Below the pieces are notes generated by a model. That model did not search any database. It was given only the letters and a program-made list of their open reading frames with translations, and had not been told where the DNA came from. Shown piece by piece: positions 60,640 through 64,000 of a stretch of 64,000 nucleotides of DNA; positions within the stretch are counted from its first letter, which is position 1; every line of letters begins with the position of its first letter. Origin of the DNA: a candidate division FCPU426 bacterium. GTDB lineage: Bacteria; Oederibacteriota; Muellerivitia; Muellerivitales; Muellerivitaceae. The translations under genes and the position numbers were made by a program. The stretch covers positions 64,001 through 128,000 of the forward strand of contig CAVTWJ010000014.1 of NCBI GenBank assembly GCA_963738405.1, given 5' to 3'.

Positions 60640-61236
60640 ATGAACCGTAAACGAACCTTTCTTTACCTGGCTTACTTTCTCCTGATTTCGGGCCGCGTCC
60701 CCTGCCCGGGCGCGCCCCCCTATTTGTCCGTGCCCGGCAAAGTCAAACTGGACGCGGTCTGGGTCAAGGAAGAAAGCCCGGAACTCTGCGGGCTCGCCGC
60801 CGTTGAAATGGTCACGGATTATTACGGCCAAAAACTAAACGATGGCCAGAAGGATTTGCTGAGGGCCTGCGCCAAAAAGGGATCGGGTATCAAGGGAAGC
60901 GACCTTTTGATGGTGATTCGGACCTGCGATTACGAGGGGGCGGTTTTTTACGGCACCCTCTCGCCGCAAGGCCCCGCCGGCCTCTACTACAACCTGGGCC
61001 AGCGCAGGCCGCTGATTGTGATGTTGACCTCAAAAGACGGCCGCAACAGCCAATACGACCTGGTCGTGGGTTACCACTTGAAACAAGGTAAAATATTCGT
61101 GCTCGACCCCTCCATCGGGCCCATGGCCTTTTCCATCAAGGATTTCGCCCCGGCCTGGGAAAGGGCCCATTTTTTTACCCTTTTGGCCATGCCGGAAAAA
61201 CGGGTGGATCCGCCCACGCCCTCCACCCGCCGCTGA
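60640..61236 (+). CDS. Peptidase C39-like protein
   Basis: ELCGLAAVEMVTDYYG, RPLIV, YDLVVGY, LDPS..., F...W. Confidence 0.82.
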   Translation: MNRKRTFLYLAYFLLISGRVPCPGAPPYLSVPGKVKLDAVWVKEESPELCGLAAVEMVTDYYGQKLNDGQKDLLRACAKKGSGIKGSDLLMVIRTCDYEGAVFYGTLSPQGPAGLYYNLGQRRPLIVMLTSKDGRNSQYDLVVGYHLKQGKIFVLDPSIGPMAFSIKDFAPAWERAHFFTLLAMPEKRVDPPTPSTRR

Positions 61237-61258
61237 TTTCAGAAGGTTCTTTCTAAAA

Positions 61259-61292
61259 CAAAAAGCCCTCCCCATTCGGGGCGGGCTTTTTT
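61259..61292. terminator. Bidirectional terminator
   Basis: aaaagccctcccc / ggggcgggctttt. Confidence 0.8.
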
Positions 61293-61319
61293 ATTGCTAT
61301 TAGTTGCCGTTGGACTTCG

Positions 61320-62984
61320 CTAATTCGCCTTTTCCACCCTAAAAACCTTGGGGCCCTCGGGGTAATCATCCACCCAAATCTTCACCGTGACCGGCTCGGT
61401 GGAAACCACTTCCCCCTGGTAATGCAAATCGCTTTGGGTAGTCACAATTCCCCGCACCAAAAACTGGTCCGAAGTGCGGTCACTGCCCAGCCATTGGATA
61501 GGCTGGGTGGGTTTGAAATCGGCGTTCCACTTCTTGTCCTGGATTTCCTGGATCTTGGCGGGCGGATAATTTTCGTAGAAGAACCTGTCCTGGTAGTTCT
61601 CGAAGAGTTCGCCCTTCAAATTCCCCATCCAGCCCTGGATATCGTGGTAGCTGGGGCCGAAAAGATAGTCGATAAAGCCCTTTACGAATAACAGGTGCGC
61701 CTGGACCCTGGCTTGATCCTTGGGGGATAGGGCTAATCCGGTAGGTGAAGGCACCTGTGTCTGGGCCACAAGCCCAGACACACGGTTTGGTTGTGCCGGT
61801 TCCTTAGTGGAACCGGCCAAATGGTGGTGGTTCTTTTTGGCGAATGAAGTATTAACCACAGGGGTTGGAACAGACGCAGGGGGCATTTCAACCACCTTTG
61901 GGGCCGATTCACTTTCTTTTTTCGTTTCAGTCGGCAAAAGGCGGCCCAATAGGGGCATCCACATTCCTCGGAAGTACCAACTAGCCCCCAACAAAACCGC
62001 GATAAAAATGATCCAACCTAAATCCTGTTTAAAAATCTTGTGAATCGACCAGATCAAAACCGCGCCTACTGCCAACACCACCAGAGGATTGGCGAGGGCC
62101 TTCGCCAAAACCCATAGGATCAAACGGATCGCCAAGTGGAACAGGAAAGACCAGGTATTGTCAATCAAGGGGCCCACGATGGGGATGAAGTGGCCGATGA
62201 AGCTGAGGATGCCGACGATACTGCTATAGGAAAACAGCACGCAAAACCAATAGAGCCCCCAATGCCCGAGAAAACGAAAGAGGTTTGGAGTGGACGAAGA
62301 ACCCCCATGCTTTCGGCTGGAACGTGAGTGGAGGGGGCAAAAATAGCCCGCCGTGGCCTTGGCGCCTTCGTGGACGTACTTGTGGATCAAACGGGCTGTG
62401 AATTTGAGGCTTGTCAACAGGCCTTTACCGCCTGCTTTTTGAAGCTGTTTGAGAGCCTTTTGGGCGCCCTTTCCTTTTTTCTTTTTCTTCTTTCCCGGTT
62501 CAGCTTCGGTTTCTTCCTCCTGACCCTCCTCCTCATCCTCTTCGGGTTCTTCATCGTCCCCGGCCTTGCGGCTCTTTCGCTTGACCTTCGTATGGTCGAA
62601 TTCCTGGGCCGGTTTGCCGCTGGCGATATGGCTAACCAAGGCGTCTATTTGCAGTGGTATTAAATGACGGGCAATGACCTGGTCCAGGGATTCATGGAGT
62701 GCCTTGGGAAGATCGGGCACCTTGCCTCTTAGTTTGGTTAAAGATAAGGCGCAGTTTGATGAAAGGATGAAAGGTGGGTTGGATTGGGCCGCTTGGCGGA
62801 CCTTGTCTAGGGCCGCAGGATCAAAACAGGCATTTATAGCGAGAAGAGTGGTGATATGACTGTCTTTCAGTTGAAGGGCAGCTTTTAGTACCTCTCTCTT
62901 GGGCTTCTTACCCTCTCGGAATTGGGCTTTTAACGCCTCTAGCTGATCTAGCCAATCAAGGGTTTCAGGATTCACATTACCCAT
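61320..62984 (-). CDS. Membrane protein: ParB-like helical N-terminal region, acidic/basic linker, ~4 TM, VirB8-like C-terminal domain
   Basis: GGAGGT RBS before ATG 62984; domain calls by resemblance only. Confidence 0.7.
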   Translation of the reverse strand: MGNVNPETLDWLDQLEALKAQFREGKKPKREVLKAALQLKDSHITTLLAINACFDPAALDKVRQAAQSNPPFILSSNCALSLTKLRGKVPDLPKALHESLDQVIARHLIPLQIDALVSHIASGKPAQEFDHTKVKRKSRKAGDDEEPEEDEEEGQEEETEAEPGKKKKKKGKGAQKALKQLQKAGGKGLLTSLKFTARLIHKYVHEGAKATAGYFCPLHSRSSRKHGGSSSTPNLFRFLGHWGLYWFCVLFSYSSIVGILSFIGHFIPIVGPLIDNTWSFLFHLAIRLILWVLAKALANPLVVLAVGAVLIWSIHKIFKQDLGWIIFIAVLLGASWYFRGMWMPLLGRLLPTETKKESESAPKVVEMPPASVPTPVVNTSFAKKNHHHLAGSTKEPAQPNRVSGLVAQTQVPSPTGLALSPKDQARVQAHLLFVKGFIDYLFGPSYHDIQGWMGNLKGELFENYQDRFFYENYPPAKIQEIQDKKWNADFKPTQPIQWLGSDRTSDQFLVRGIVTTQSDLHYQGEVVSTEPVTVKIWVDDYPEGPKVFRVEKAN

Positions 62985-63036
62985 ATAGGTCACCTCCATA
63001 GAGATAAAACGGCTTTTATACATTTCCAGATCAAAC

Positions 63037-63330
63037 CTGCCGGTGGCTTTGCCCCTTCCGCCGGTAGGTTCACGGCGTTCTGCCGGCGGCTTTGCCCCTT
63101 CCGCCGGTAGGTTAAAGGGGTTCTGCCGGTGGCTTTACCCCTTCTGCCGGTAGGTTAAAGGCGTTCTGCCGGTGGCTTTACCCCTTCTGCCGGTAGGTTA
63201 AAGGCGTTCTGCCGGTGGCTTATCCCATTCTGCCGGTAGGTTAAAGGGGTTCTGCCGGTGGCTTTACCCCTTCTGCCGGTAGGTTCACGGCGTTCTGCCG
63301 GTGGCTTATCCCATTCTGCCGGTAGGTTCA
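63037..63330. repeat. Tandem array, 43-bp period (alternating 21- and 22-bp subunits), about 7 copies
   Basis: (t)gccggtggctttaccccttc alternates with (t)gccggtaggttaaaggcgttc; 14 GCCGG cores. Confidence 0.95.
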
Positions 63331-63523
63331 GCGATGCCATTAACCGGGTTGGGGTATCAGCCAGTCGATCCGGCCATGCCCCCTAGCTAAAGATTATTAT
63401 TTTCAAAAATGGGAGGTTTTCAATTCACATTCGTGAACTTTGATTTGTTTTGGGGTTGGCTGGTAAAAAAAGGGGCTAAATCGGCCAAAAAAAGTACAAA
63501 AACGATCATCCACGAACTTGTAT

Positions 63524-63994
63524 CTAAAGAGGTTTTGGCATTTTCACCCATGGGCAATTTTGTTGGATATAAAAAAGGATATCAAACAAACCCTCCATGT
63601 CCATTACGGGAAAAGTACCCTGTCGAACTCGAAACTCGTAAACGTAGCCGGTCTTTTCAAGGCCTCCCCCGAACCTCCCTCCTACGATCCCGTATCTTTC
63701 GACCTTGGCGATTTCTTGAACCTCCCTTAAAGGAATCATCAAGTTTTGGGAAGGGGACCGCAAGGTGAGGAAGCCCTTTTCGTCGTCCAGGAACACCCCA
63801 TTGGCGGTTTTCATGATTTTTTGAACGCCCGACCATCCCGCGATATCGGCCCCAAGGATCAAGGCCAGGTATAAAACGGAGGTTCCGCCGGGCCCTTGGC
63901 CGCGCAAGAGGCTCCCGATCATGTCAAAAATAAGGTTTAAGGTTCCGATAAAAAAAACAAAAACAATCAGGAAGAAGGGCCCGTTTTTCAACAT
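63524..63994 (-). CDS. Two-TM hypothetical protein (may begin beyond the window)
   Basis: Two hydrophobic helices followed by a soluble beta-rich domain. Confidence 0.65.
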   Translation of the reverse strand: MLKNGPFFLIVFVFFIGTLNLIFDMIGSLLRGQGPGGTSVLYLALILGADIAGWSGVQKIMKTANGVFLDDEKGFLTLRSPSQNLMIPLREVQEIAKVERYGIVGGRFGGGLEKTGYVYEFRVRQGTFPVMDMEGLFDILFYIQQNCPWVKMPKPL

Positions 63995-64000
63995 CGATTC

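Noticed and set aside
63037..63330. CRISPR array
   Set aside because: No unique spacers: the linkers are short and recur, and no cas genes are present in the window
63155..63340. 61-aa ORF across the repeat
   Set aside because: By-product of a repeat whose 43-bp period is not a multiple of 3

Overview
Bacterial chromosomal window from a diderm organism: it encodes beta-barrel proteins, SurA-like chaperones, an autotransporter and sigma54 promoters. The Pro/Thr-linker plus YPNP C-terminal-domain protein style suggests a poorly characterised lineage such as FCPU426 (inference only). The region 1-40 kb is mostly housekeeping: tsaB/tsaE/thiL/argJ, ada-like, Nramp, three SurA/PPIase genes, csp, mfd, a two-component pair, adenylate cyclase, PGM and GMPP, Mrp, dsbD, LacI, amt-glnK, htpX and a second P-II. 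The region 40-64 kb is accessory and surface-related: a frameshifted sigma54-driven porin, tandem GT-A-like genes, an SBBP protein, a 2897-aa Gly-rich autotransporter and a C39-peptidase-like gene. Best candidates for novelty: (1) an unannotated ~220-nt highly structured RNA at 44462-44682; (2) a phased 43-bp (21+22) tandem array directly upstream of a ParB-like HTH / multi-TM / VirB8-like protein; (3) a SurA-parvulin protein fused to an outer-membrane beta-barrel. No rRNA, tRNA, CRISPR array or transposase was recognised. All family calls are from motif recognition, not database searches.
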